Shown piece by piece: positions 23,400 to 36,911 of a stretch of 64,000 bases of DNA. The stretch's first letter is position 1; each line of letters opens with the position of its first letter. The stretch is taken from assembly GCF_020745735.1 (NCBI RefSeq), contig NC_083409.1, positions 16,168,789 through 16,232,788 of the forward strand, given 5' to 3'. A model generated the notes under the pieces. It worked only from the letters and a program-made list of their open reading frames with translations. It had not been told where the DNA came from and made no database searches. Position numbers and translations under genes: made by a program. This stretch comes from Hemiscyllium ocellatum (lineage: Eukaryota).

Positions 23400-26300
23400 A
23401 TTTGCCAAAATGCCGTGGATCCCATGGGCTCTTACCATAACTCCAGGAAAGGCAAGAGAGGTAGGCAAGTAGTCCAGGAGTCTTCTGTGGTTATTCCCAT
23501 TTCAAACAAGTATGCTGTTTTGGAAAATGTAGGGGGTGATGGAAACTCAGGGGTACTTAGCATGAGCAGCCAAGTTTCTGGTATTGACACTGGCTCTAAT
23601 GTAATGGGAGGTACGTCGGGTTCCAAACAATCGACTGTGTTAGGGGACTCTCTAGCCCGAGGTACAGACAGACATTTCAGTGGCCAGCAGTAAAAAATCA
23701 GAATTTAAAAAGGAGGTCCTCAAGAGTAGTAATATCTGAATTACTCCTGGTGCTATGAGCTAGTGAGGGCAGGAACAGGAGGATAGAGCAGATGAATGCA
23801 TGGCTGAGGAGCTGGTGTATGGGAGAAGGATTCACATTTTTGGATCTTTGGAAGCTGTTTTGAGGTAGAAGTAACCTGTACAAGAAGGACAGATTGCACC
23901 TAAATTGGAAGGGGACTAATATACTGGCAGGGAGATTTGCTAGAGCTGCTCAGGAGGATTTAAACTAGTAAGGTGGGCGGGTGGGACCCAGGGAGATAGT
24001 GAGGAAAGATTTCATCCTCAGATTGGTAAAGTTGAGAACAAAGGCAAGTCAAACAGTCAGGGCAGGCGGGGACAAAGCAGAGAACAAGGTAAGACTGATA
24101 AATTAAACTGCATTTATTTCACTGCAAGAGGCCTAACAGGGAAGGAAGATGAACATGGGGCGTGGTTAGGAACATGGGACTGGGATATCATAGCAATTAC
24201 AGAAATATGGCTCAGGGATGGACAGGACTGACCGTTTAATGTTCTAGGATACAAATGCTACAGGAAGGACAGAAAGGGAGGCACAAGAGGAGGGAGAGTG
24301 GCATTTTTGATAAGGGATAGCATTACAGCTGTACTTAGGGAGGATATTCCCAGAAATACATCCAGGGAAGTTATTCGGATGGAACTGAGAAAAAAGAAGG
24401 GGATGATCACCTTGTTGGGATTATAATATAGCTCCCCTCCAGTAGTCAGCGGGAAATTGACAAACAAATTTGTAAGGAGATTTCAGTTATCAGTAAGAAT
24501 AATGGGGTGGTTATAGGAGGGGATTTTAACTTTCCAAACATAGACTGTGACTGCTATAGTGTGAAGGGTTTAGATGTAGAGGAATTTGTTAAGTGCGTAC
24601 AATACAATTTTCTGATTCAGAATGTGGATGTACCGACTAGAGAAGGTGCAAAGCTCAACCTTGGAAATAAGGCAGGGCAGGTGACTGAGGTGTCAGTGGA
24701 GGAGCACTTTTGGTCAGCGACCATAATTCTATTCATTTTAAAATAGTGAAGGAAAAGGATAGACCAGATCCAGAAGTTGGAGTTCTAAATTGGAGGAAGG
24801 CTAATTTTGCCAGTATTAGGCAAGAACTCTGAAAAGCTGATTGGGGGCAGTTGCTCGCAGGTCATGGGACAGCTGGAAAATAGGAAGCCTTCAGAAATGA
24901 GATAAATTGAGCCCAGAGATAGTATATTCTAGTTACGGTGAAAGGAAAGGCTGGTAGGTGTAGGGAATATTGGATGATGAGAGAAGTTGAGGGTTTGGTT
25001 GAGAAAAAGGATGAAGCATATGTCAGGTATAGACAGGATAGATTGAGTGAATCCTTAGATGGATACAAAGGCAGTAGGAGTACACTTAAGATGGAAATCA
25101 GGAGGGCAACAACATGAGATAGCTTTGGCAAATAGGGTTAAGGAGAATACAGAGGGGTTTTATGAATACATTAAGGACAAGAGGGTAACTAAGGAGAGAA
25201 TAGGGCCCCTCAAAGATCAGCAAGGCGACCTTTGTGTGGAGCCGCAGGAGATGGGGCAGATACCAAATGAGTATTTTGCTTCACTAACTGTGGAGAAGGA
25301 TATTGAAGATATAGAATGCAGGGAAATAGATGGTGATATCTTGAAAAATGTTCATATTACAGATGAGGAGGTGCCAGATGTCTTTGAAATGCATAAATGT
25401 GGATAAATCCCCAAGACCTAATTAGGTATACCCTAGGACTCTGTCGGAAGCTAGGGAAGTGATTGCTGGGCCTCTTACTGTGATATTTGTATCCTCAATA
25501 GTCACAAAAGATGTGCCAGAAGACTGGAGGTTCACTAATTGGTGCCACTACTTAAGAAAGGTGGTAAGGAAAAGCCAGGGAACTGTAGACCAGTCAGCCA
25601 GACGTCAATTGTGAGGAAGTTATTGGAAGGAATCCTGAGGGACAGATTGTCCATAAATTTGGAAAGGCAAAGACTGATTAGGGATAGTCAGCATGGTTCT
25701 GTGCATGGGAAATCATGTCTCACAAACTTGATTGAGTTTTTTGAAGAAGTAACAGAAAGAATTGATGAGGGCAGAACGTTACACTGGATCTGTATGGACT
25801 TCAGTAAGACATTCAACAAGGTTCCCCATGGAAGATTGGTTAGCAAGGTTAGATCTCATGGAATACAGTTAGAACTAGCCATTTGGATACAGAACTGGCT
25901 CAAAGGTAGAAGACAGTGGGTGATGGTGGAGGGTTGTTTTTCAGACGGGACGTCTCTGACCAGTGGAGTGTCATAAGGATTGGTGCTGGGCAACTACTTT
26001 TTGTCATTTACATAAATGATTTGGATGTGAACATAGGAGGTAGAGTTAGTAAGTTTGCAAATGACACCAAAATTGGAGGTGTAGTGGACAGCGAAGAAAG
26101 TTACCTCAGATTACACCAGGATCTTGATCCGATGGGCCAATGGGCTGAGGAATTGCAGATGGAGTTTAATTTAGATAAATGCAAGGTGCTGCAGTTAGGA
26201 AAGCAAATCTTAGCAGGACTTATACACTTAATGGTCAGGTTCTCGGGAGTGTTGCTGAACAAAGAGACCTTGGAGTGCAGGTTCATATCTCTTTGAATGT

Positions 26301-26975
26301 AGAGTCGTAGGTAGGTAGGATAATGAAGACGACATTTGGTATGCTTTACTTTATTGATTAGAGAATTGAGTATGGGTGTTGGGAGGTCACCTAAACCACT
26401 TTTGGAGTATTGTGTTCAATTCTGATCTCCTTCCTATCAGAAAGATGTTGTGAAACTAGAAAGGGTTCAGAAAAGATTTACAAGGATGTTACTAGGGTTG
26501 GAGGATTTAAGCTATACGGAGAAGTTAAATAGACTAGGGATGTTTTCCCTTGAGTGAGGTGTGACCTTACAGAGGTCCCTGCTGAGGGGTGACCTTACAG
26601 AGGTTTACAAAATCATGAGGGACATGGATTGGGCAAAGAGACCAAGTCTTTTCCCTGAGCTGGTGGAGTCCAGTAATAGAGGGCATGGGTTTAGGGTAAG
26701 AGGGGAAAGATATAAAAGAGACTTGAGAAGCAACTTTTTCACGCACAGAGTGGTGCAAGTGCAGAATGGGGCTGCCAGAGGAAGTGGTAGAGGCTGGTAC
26801 AATTACAACATTTAAAAGGCATCTGAATGGGTATATCAATAGGAAGGGTTTGGAGGGATCTGGGCCAGGTGTTGGCAGGTGGGACTAGATTGGGTTGGGA
26901 TGTCTGGTTGGCATGGACAAGTTGGACCTTAGGGTCTGTTTCCATGCTGTACATCTCTATGACTCTATGACTCTA
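23400..26975 (+). mobile_element. Decayed CR1-type LINE (ORF1 esterase end, APE, RT, 3' tail)
   Basis: VLGDSLARGTDR, GGDFNFPNID, MDFSKTFNKVPHG, YINDLD..SKFANDTKIGG; tail CTATGACTCTATGACTCT. Confidence 0.88.
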
Positions 26976-27049
26976 GAAGGAGGCTGTTCAGCCCCTTGTG
27001 TCAGTACTAGCTGTTTACTAACCTCACTCACAATGAACATCTCCATTGA

Positions 27050-27590
27050 ATTCTGGATGAGTGGTGCTGGAAGAGCACAGCCATTCAGCCAGCATCCGAG
27101 GAGCAGCGAAATCGATGTTTCGGGCATAAGCCCTTCATCAGGAATAAAGGCAGTGAGCCTGTAGCGTGGAGAGATAAGCTAGAGGAGGGTGGGGGTGGGG
27201 AGAAAGTAGCATAGAGTACAAGCAAATGTGTCTGTGGTAGCGAGTTTGTTTCATGAAATGTTTGAAGAGCTTCAGGGCAGAGGAAATGACCTGGGAGTTG
27301 CAGTGGGAGAGGGACTCCCTGAGATTATTGTAGAGAGAAGCTCTTCAACCATGTCATGAAACAAACTCGCTCCCACAGCCACATTTGCCTGTACTCTATG
27401 CTACTTTCTCCCCACCCCCACCCTCCTCTAGCTTATCTCTCCACACTTCAGGCTCACTGCCTTTATTCCTGATGAAGGGCTTTAGCCCGAAACGTCGATT
27501 TCGCTGCTCCTCGGATGCCGCCTGAACTGCTGTGCTCTTCCAGCACCATTAATCCAGAATCTGGTTTCCTGCATCTGCAGACATTGTTTT
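27050..27590. mobile_element. Large Penelope fold-back: about 224-bp inverted arms, 63-nt loop, a hammerhead-like core on each strand (27114-27141 minus; 27469-27496 plus)
   Basis: Arms 27050-27273 and 27337-27560 are reverse complements; plus-strand core CTGATGA-A-GGGC-TTTA-GCCC-GAAAC-GTC. Confidence 0.85.
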
Positions 27591-28449
27591 TATCTCTGTT
27601 GAATGTCTATTGTTGGGAAGTAATTAAATCTGTTTAGAGACAGAATGTCCGACAAATGTGAACAGATCAGAGTAAGTCAGCATGGATTAAAAAGGGTCAG
27701 ACTTCTTTAACTAACCTGGTTACATGTTTTAACGAGGTCACTAATGTGTGAGATAAGGGAATGTGTTGTTTATATGGACGTCCAGATGACATTCAAGGAA
27801 GTTCTGCACAAGTGTTATAATGTTATCGTTGGAACAAAGAGATGACAGATAAACATATTCTGGATCTTTCTGCACAAATGAATTCTCAAATAAATCTCAG
27901 ACATGTTGGTGAACTTGGGGTTTTATCAGAGGAAGGAGCTGAAGGAAGTCAGTTGTTGGAGAAAAATGGTTCTGGGAAAATTAGAATGTCTTAAATCAGC
28001 AGGGCCAAATAATCTATTTTCAGGAGTGCTTCAGGAAGTGGTTGTAAAATATGAGAAACATTGATGGTTATCTGTTTGTCGACTGTGGAATAGGTCCTAC
28101 AAAATGGAGGGAGTTAATTTAACACGCCTATTGAAAGAGAGAGAGAGAGAGGGAAAATAAGAAATTTTAGACCAATTAGCCAGAAGTCAGCAGTGGAGAA
28201 AATGCTTAAGTTCATTATAAAATATTTTATAGCTTAGCACTTTGAAAACAGTGGCAGAACTGGACAGAGTCGGCATGAATTGTCGAAAGGGAAATCATGC
28301 TTAAAAAATCGACTGGAATTGTTTGAGGATATAGTGAGTGGATTTGATAAGGGGGGGGCCCATGGATATGGTTTGTTTGGACTTTGTAAGGGGAATAGAT
28401 CGGCGGTTCTGTGGTCAAAAACAAGACTCACGAATAGCATGTTGCCTCC

Positions 28450-31400
28450 CAGTTGTACGACTCAGGCATGTCTCAGATCGGCTGCAGGACATTCTGAAGG
28501 GGTGGGTGAACAGCTAGCTGTGATGGTGCATGAAGGGACTGATGATATCGTAATAAATGGAATGGGGTCCTACAAGCAGAATTTATGGAGTGAGGAACCA
28601 TATTAAAATGTAGGATCTCAGAGGTAGTAATCTCAGGATTGCTCCCAGTGCCATGTGCTAGTCAGAGTCGAAATGAAAATATAGGCAGGATGAATGTGTG
28701 GCTTGAGAGATGGTGCAGGAGGGAGGGGTTCAGGTTTTTGGGACATTGGGACTGGTTCCTGGGGAGGTGGGACAATTACAAATCGAGTGGTCTACACCTG
28801 GGCAGGACTGGAACCAGTGTCCTGAGGGATGTGTTTGATCACACTCTTGGGGAGGGTTCAAAATAGTGTAGCAGAGGGATGGGAACCAAATGAGGAGGTT
28901 AGTGGGCAATAAGGAGGGAGTAACTAAAGCCTGTCAGGAACTAGATATTGAAGTCAGCGTGACTAAGGTTAAGAGTAGGTAGGGAGCAGATGATGAATGC
29001 AAAGGGACAGATGGTCTGAGATGCATTTGTTTTAATGTGAGAAGTGTAGTAGGTAAGGCAGAGGAATTTAGGGCTTGGACTAGTATCTGGGAGTATGATG
29101 TTATTGCTATTACTGAGACGTGGTTGAGGGAATGGCAAGATTGTTAACTAAATATCCCAGGATACAGATGTATCAGATGCGTTCGAGAGGGAAGTAAAAG
29201 GGATGGAGGAGTTGCATTACTGGTCAGAGTGGATATCACAGGTGTGGTGAAGGAGGGCACTATGGAGGACTCGAGCAGTGGGGCAATATGGGCAGAGGTC
29301 AGAAACAGGAAGGGTGCAGTAACAATGTTGGTGCTATCCTACAAGCCTCCTAACAGTGAACGTGAGATAGAGGTACAAATATGTAAACAGATTATGGAAA
29401 GATGTAGGAGTAACAAGGTGGTGGTGATGGAAGATTTTAATTTTCCCAACATTGACTGGGATTCACTTCATGTTAGAAGTTAAAATGGAGCAGAATTTGT
29501 AAGAAGCATCCAGGAGGATTTCACAGAGTAATGTGGAAGTAGTCTAACTTAGGAAGGGGCCATACTGGGCTGGTGTTGGGGAATGAGCCCGGCCAGGTGG
29601 TTGAAATTTCAGTCGGGGATTACTTTGGAAGAGTGATCACAATTCCATACGTTTTAGAATGCTCATGGACAAAGATGAGAGTGGTCCTAAAGGAAGAGGG
29701 CTAAAGTGGAGGAAGGCCAACTATCCCAAAATTTGGTAGGAGCTGGGGAATGTGGATTGGGAGCAGCTGTTTAAAGGGAAATCCACATTTGATATGTGGG
29801 TGGCTTTTAAAGAGAGGTTGACTAGAGTCAGGACAGACATGTCCCTGTGAAAATAAAGGATTGAAATGGCAGAATTAGGGAACGCTGGATGACAGATGAA
29901 TTTGTGAGATTAGCTAAGAGGAAAAAGGATGCATACATAAGGTCTAAGTGGCTGAAAACAGACAAAGCTTTGGAAGAATATCGTGAAAGTAGGACCAATC
30001 TGAAGTGAGGAATTAAAAGGGCTAAAGGGGTCACAAAATATCATGAAGGAAAATCCCAAATCCTTTTATTCATACATAAGGAGCAAGTGGGTGACTAGAG
30101 AAAGGGTTGGCCCACTCAAGGACAAAGGAGGAAAGATATGTGTGGAGTCAGAAAATGGATGAGATTCTTAATGAGTGCTTTATGTCGGTATTCACCAAGG
30201 AGAGGGAAATGACAGATGTTGAAGTTGGGGATAGGTGTTTGATTACTCGAGGGCAAGTCGATTTAAGTAGGGAGGAAGTGTTGGGTATTTTAAAAGGCAT
30301 CAAGGTGGACAAGTCCCCAGGTCAGGATGGGATCGATCCCAGCTTACTGAGGGAAGCAAGAGAGGAAATAGCTGGGGCCTTAATCGATATCTTTGTAGCA
30401 ACCCTGAACATGGATGAGGGTCCCAGAGGACTGGAGAATTGCTAATGTTTAAGAAGGGTAGCCAGGATAATCCAGGTAACTATCAACCAGTGAGCCTGAT
30501 GTAGTGGTAGGGAAGCTGCTGGAGAAGATACTGAGGGATAAGATCTATTTACTTTTGGAAGAAAATTGACTTATCAGTTATAGGCAGCATGAAGTTGTGC
30601 AGGGAATGTCGTGTCTTACCAACTTTGTAGATTTTTTTGAAGAACTGATGAAGTTGATTGAGGAGGGATGGGCTGTGGATGTCATACGCATGGACTTCAG
30701 TAAGGTGTTTGATAAAGTTCCCCATGCTAGCCTGATAAAGAAATTTAAGTCGCATGGGGTCCAGAGTGTACTCACTAGATGGGTAGTGAACAGGTTGGGC
30801 AACAGAAGACAGACAGTAGTGGTGGGAGTACTTTCTCAAAATGGAGAACAGGAATCCGTGCTGGTACCGCTCTTGTTTTTGATCTACATAAATGATCTGG
30901 AGGAAGGTATAGGTGGTCTGATTAGCAAGTTTGCAGATGACACTAAGATTGGTGGAGTAGCAGATAGTGAAGGGGACTGTCAGAGAATGCAGCAGAATAT
31001 AGATAGATTGGAGAGTTGGGCAGAGAAACGGATGGATGGAGTTCAAGCCAGGCAAATGCAGTCTGATGAATTTTGGAAGATCCAAATCTGGAGTAAACTG
31101 TACGGTGAATGGAACACCCTGGGAAAATTGATGCCCAGAGCGACCTGGGTGTTCAGGTCCATTGTACCCTGGAGGTGACAACACAGGTCGACAGAGTGGT
31201 CAAGAAGGCATCTTCCTTCACCAGACGTGGTATTCAGTACAAGAGTTGGAAGGTCATATTAGAATTATATCAGACTTTGGCTTGGCCACATTTGGAATAC
31301 TGCGTACAGTTCTGGTTGCCACATTACCAGAAAGATGTGGATGCTTTGGAGAGGGTGTAGAGGAGGTTCACCAGGATTGCCTGGTATGGAGGGCACTAGC

Positions 31401-31840
31401 TATGAAGAGAGGCTTAGTAGATTAGGATTATTTTCATTAGAAAGTCAAATGTTGAGGGGGGACCAGATTGGGGTCTACAAAATCATGAGAGATATAGACA
31501 GGGTGGATAGCAAGAAGCTTTTTCCCAGAGTGGGGGACTCAATTACTCTGGGGTCATGAGTTCAAGGTGAGAGTGGAAATATTTAAGGGAGATATGTATG
31601 GAAAGTTCTTCACACAGAGGGTGATTGGTCCTGGAACACGTTGCCAGTGGAGGTGGTAGAGGCAGGCACAATAGCATCATTTAAGATATATCTAGATAGA
31701 TACATGGATGGGCAGGGAGCAAAGGGAGACAGACCCTTGGAAAATTGATGACAGGTTTAGATGGAGGATATGGACCAGTGCAGGCTAGTAGGGCCGAAGG
31801 GCCAGTTCTTGTGCTGTAATTTTCGTTGCTCTTTGTTCTT
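28450..31840 (+). mobile_element. Decayed CR1-type LINE (ORF1 end, APE, RT, 3' end)
   Basis: MEDFNFPNIDW, DKSPGQDGI, MDFSKVFDKVPH, YINDL..SKFADDTKIGG, LAWPHLEYCVQFW. Confidence 0.88.
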
Positions 31841-31849
31841 TGAACTGAG

Positions 31850-34020
31850 GAAGCTCAAAGGAACAGAGTGATCTTGGGGTGCTTCTCCACTGATCCCTGA
31901 ATATGGCAAGACAGGTTAACAGAGCAGTTATGAAGGCATAGGGGACACTTGCCTTTGTCATGTCAGGTATTGGTTATAAAAGCAGGAGGATATGGTGCAG
32001 TTAAGCAGAACATTGGTTAGGCCACAGCTGGAGTACTGTGTGCAGTTCAGGTCACCACACTGTAGGAAGGAGGTGATTGCACTGGATGGGGTGCAGAGGG
32101 GAATCACCAGGATGTTGTGTGGGATGGAACCTCTCAGTGATGAAGAGAAATTGGATCAGCTCGGGTTGTTTTCTTCAGAGCAGAGAAGGTGGAGGGGGGG
32201 ACCTGATAGAGGTGTATAAGGTTATGAGGGGAATGGACAGGGAGGAGAGAAAGCAGCTGTTCTCCTTCTTGGGAGGGTCAATAACAAGTTGACTCACATT
32301 CAATGTGAAAGCTAGGAGGCTTCAAGATGTTTTAAGGAAAATGTTTTTCATCCAGAGGTTGGTGTGCATCTGGAATGCACAGCCAGAGAGGGGAGTTGAG
32401 GTGGGAAACCTCACAAAGTTTAAAATGTACTTGGGTGAGCAGTTGAAATGTCATAACATTCAAGCTGTGGGCCTCATGTTGGAAAGTGGGACTGGTATAG
32501 GTTTAGTGTAGTTTGGCTGGTACACAGTTAATGAACTGAAGGGCCTCCTCTGTACTGTGTGATTTTATGATTCTGTCGTGGGTAGTTTCAGGCTCCTTAA
32601 CTGAGGAAGGATGTTCTGGCTGTGGGGGGAGGGCAGTGAAGGTTTACCAGACTGATTCCTGGGAGGACAGCACTTAGATCTGATGAGAAACTGGATCAGT
32701 TAGGATTATATTCATTGGCACTTAGAAGATTGAAAGGAATCATATTGTAACCTTGAAAATCCGAACAGGACAAGACTAGAACAACACAGGGAGGATGTTC
32801 CTGATGACTGGGGAATCCAGAACTACGAATTATGGTTTAAAGAAAAGGGAAAGGTTATTTCAGACTGAGCTGAGGAGACATTTCTTTAGCCAGAGACTGG
32901 GAAACTCGTGGAATATTCTATCACAGAAAGCAGTTGAGACCAAAACATTCAATATTTTCAAGAGAGGATAAGTATTTTCTTAGGACTAAAGGGGATAAAT
33001 TTTATGGAGAAAAAATGGGAGCAGGGGACTAAGTTGGATGATCAGCCATGGTCATATTGAATGGCAGAGCCAACTCGAAGGGCTGAATGGCTTCCTCTTG
33101 CTCCTAGTTCCTTTGTTTCTATGTTTGTTCATAAACATGGAAACATATGGAATTATAGAGTCTTAGAGCCATCGAGTCCTACAGCACAGAGACAGGCCCT
33201 TTGGCCCAAACTGGACCGTGCTGACCAAAATTTCCATCCATGCTAACCCCATTTCCCTGCACTTGGCCCATATCCTTCAAATGTTTTCCTATCTATGTAT
33301 TTGTCCAAATGTCTTTTAAATGTTGTTAATGTATCCACCTCAATCACTTCAGCTGGCATCTCATTCCACATGCGTGCCACCCTCTGTGTAAAAATGTTGC
33401 CCCTCAGGTTCCCTTTTATTCATTCCTCTCTAACACTAAACTGATGCCCTCTCATCCTCGATTCTCCAAACCTATCCATGTCTCTCATGATCTTATACAC
33501 TTCTAAAGGTTTCCCAACCAGTCTCCTACACTCTAAGAAAAAAGTCCTAACTTGCCTAACTTCTCCCTATATGTTGAGTCCAGGCAACATCCTTGTAAAT
33601 TTCTTCTGTACTCTTTCTGGTTTAGTAATATCCTTCCTATAACAAGGTGACCAAACTGAATACAATATTCCAAGTGCGACCTCACTGACATCCTGTACAA
33701 GATTAGAGATTAGATTCCCTCCAGTGTGGAAACAGGTCTTCGGTCCAACCAATCCACACCGACCCTCTGAAGAGTAACCCACCTAGACCCATTTCCCACT
33801 GACTAATGTACCTAAGACTATGGCCAATTTAACATGGCCAATTCACCTGACCTGCACATCAAACTTACTAATCATGCCTTACAGTTTCTCATCCAAATCA
33901 TTAATATTGATAACAAACAGTAATGGGGCCAGCACTGAGCCCTGAGGCACTCCACTCAACACAGGCCTCCAGTCTGACAAGCATCCTTCCAATATTACCT
34001 CTGCTTCCTATCATCAAGAC
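31850..34020. mobile_element. Series of CR1 3' fragments in both orientations with a truncated SINE (33700-33860)
   Basis: LVRPQLEYCVQF and FFIQRLVCIWN fragments; SINE tail TTAGATTCCCTCCAGTGTGGAAACAGG. Confidence 0.7.
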
Positions 34021-34659
34021 AGTGATAGAAAAGTATTTGTCTTTGGTTAGGAATTAGTTTGGAGGTAGGAGACAGAGAAGAGGGATAATGCTGACCAATA
34101 AACAAGATGTGAATAGTGGTGTCCCCAGGGATTTGTGCAGGGGCCTCAGTATTTCACGATATTTCTCAATGACTTGGATGAAGGAATAGAGAGCCAATTA
34201 TCCAAGATTGCTGACCACACGGAGTGAGGCAGCTTGGAGGAGGTTACAGAGATAGGGAGAGTGGAGGGCAGAGAGGGATTTGAGAACAAGGATGAGAATT
34301 TGAAAATCGAGGTGTTGCTCGACCAGGAGCCAATATAGGCACGGGGTGCAGGGGGTTGTGGGAACGGGACTTGGTGCAAGTTTGGATACGGGCTGCAGAA
34401 TTTTGGATGAGCTGAAGGATACGGAGGGCAGTGGCTGTGATGTGCATCAGCCATTGGAATGGTCATGTTTGGAGCCCCATAAACATGGCTGAGATTTTCA
34501 GTGGCTGATCTTTGTGATATGGAAGATATGGGGCTTAGATCATTCTCAAACATGAGACCCAGTTTGTAAAGAGTCTGGTTGAGCAGCAGACAGTGCTCAG
34601 GGAGAGGGATGGAGTTTATACCAGGATCTGAAGAGGATGGCTTTGATCTTCCCAATATG

Positions 34660-34920
34660 TTTCACAGTGAGCCTGGCTCCTCAGTCCTGACTGCTCTTAG
34701 CTGCTGTGATTGTCACTGATTAGACACTTATTATTAGAGATTCTGACCACAGCAGAAAGCCCCAGTGTAAAAAATAACTGCAAAGGCTGTCAGATCGCAA
34801 GGTTGAAACTTCACCAAAAGAGGAAGTGAAAGAAGGAGCTCAGAGCAGCTGGGTGTTTGTTACTGAGACGGGAGAAAACTGTGAACTGTCTGCACTCCCT
34901 GGAATCTGACAGCACAGGAG
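34660..34920. promoter_or_regulatory. Candidate B-cell enhancer block, right arm: EICE GAGGAAGTGAAA (34820-34831), CAGCTG (34846-34851), ACCACA (34746-34751)
   Basis: Reverse-complement homologue of 14790-15050. Confidence 0.55.
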
Positions 34921-36911
34921 GCTGGTTCTAGGATTTATTTTTTGCAGAAACAGCACAGTTTTGGAAAAGGTGTCAGTCACTCTCTCACAAACACACACGC
35001 CTGCACTCGGAGATCAGAAACAGAATCCAGCAGCAGCTCTGTCTCCAAGCTGTGAAACCTGCACAGAATTGTTCCCTCATTCAGTTTATAACTGGCAGGA
35101 TAGACCAAGCAGGGAAGGCAACACAGTGGTGTGTACAGTCGGAAGGGAGTTGCCCTGAGAGTCCTCACCATTAACTATGGAACCCATGAAGCCTCATGAC
35201 AGCAGGTCAAACATGGGGAAGGAAACCTCCTGCTGATTACCACATAGCACCGCCCTCCCCTCCAACCTCAACTGAGCAGTCAGTCCTCCTCCATGTTGAA
35301 CAACACTTGGAGGAAGCACTGAGGATGGGAATGATGCAGGATATACCCTGAGTAAGGGACTTCAAAGTCCACCATCAAAAGCTGCTCAGAAGCATCACTA
35401 CTGAGCAAACTGGTCACGCTCCACCTGATTCAGCTGCGAGACTGGACCTGGGGCAGGTGGTGAGGGAACCAACAAGAGGGAAAAACATACTCACTATCAC
35501 CTTCACCAATCTGCCTGCTGCTGGTGTATCTGTCCATGACAGTATCAGTAAGAGTGACCACAGCACAGACCGTGTGGAGACAAAATCCTGTCTTCCCTTT
35601 GAGATTATCTTACATTCTGTTGGGCAAGAGATATGGAATGTCAGAAAGAACTTTGATTTTAGCAGCAATTGTCAAAGTCTTGGAAATTAGTGCCCATTCA
35701 GGTGAGACAGGTGAAGAAACTCAGTGATTGCAATGGCAGATTGGATGGGCTCTTGATGGAAATAAACCTGCAAGGCCCTGGGGGTCGAGTAGGGGAGGGG
35801 GTGGGACTGACTGGATTGCTCCATGAAATGACAGCATTTCCCTGACAGGCTGAATGTTCTCCCCCTGTGCTGGAAATAGGTCTCACTCAATGAGGGGTTC
35901 ACAATTAGAGAGTCTGGATGCAGTAAATACAGGACAAATTGTTTCTCCAGGCAGGAGGGTCAGTAACCAGAGGGCACACATTTCAGAAAGGGTCTGAAGT
36001 ACAAGAGAGAAGATAGGAACATTTTTTATCCAGCGAGTTCATGATGACTGTCTGCAAGGTGAGTGGAAGTGGATTCAACAGCAACTTTCAAAAGGGCATT
36101 TGGAGAAATAGCTGAAAAGGAAATAATTGCAGGGTTATACAGGAAGGGCTGGGGAAATGGGACTCATTGGACTCATTTGACTAACAGTCGCAATTAACCC
36201 AGTGACCTCTGTCTGTGCTGTTTTAGAGCTTACACATACTTAGACTCACCTTTACACAAAGACTGGGAGAAACAGACAACCCAGTTTACAGAAGAGTGTT
36301 TTCTCAAGGAAAACTCTCTTGAACCAACTCAGGGAACAGGCCAGACTAGATTTACTGATGAGGAATAATTCAGCAAATCAATGGCAAGGGAACAGTGAAC
36401 CAAAAGTGATGGGATTGAACAGTATATTCAATAGCACAACCATTCAGAGGGGGAGGGATCAAGGGCAGGAAGTCCGAGAGCATGCTGTAGGGGTCTGAAG
36501 GCTCTGCTGTCAATGGTGGGATGGAGCAAGCAGCAATGGGCAGGAGACCAGAGACAGAAGATGGAAGGGGGAGAGAGGGAATGTGAGTCTGCAGCAGGAC
36601 ACAGACGGAGGGAGGCCATGGTGGCAATTGGCTGGCAGTGAGGTCAGGGGTCATTCTGGAATGAGAGATGGATAAGACAGGGAAGGGCCCACTCCATATC
36701 AGACAAATTGGAGTTTATGGAATATGGCTTTAGGAAGCTGGGAGAGGACATTAGAATCATAGAGTTAGGGGGCAGGACGAGCAGGAATTAGGGTTTCTGT
36801 GGTCAAGGGGGCGAGGTAGTGCAGAGACAATGTTGTTGAGATTGAAATAAGAGGCATACGTGATGGAGAGGATGTGGGGTTTGCAGCTCAGGTGCTGGAT
36901 AGTCCTGAGGG

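Noticed and set aside
23400-31840. Intact, active CR1 elements
   Set aside because: All copies have many stops and frameshifts; no continuous ORF2 is present.
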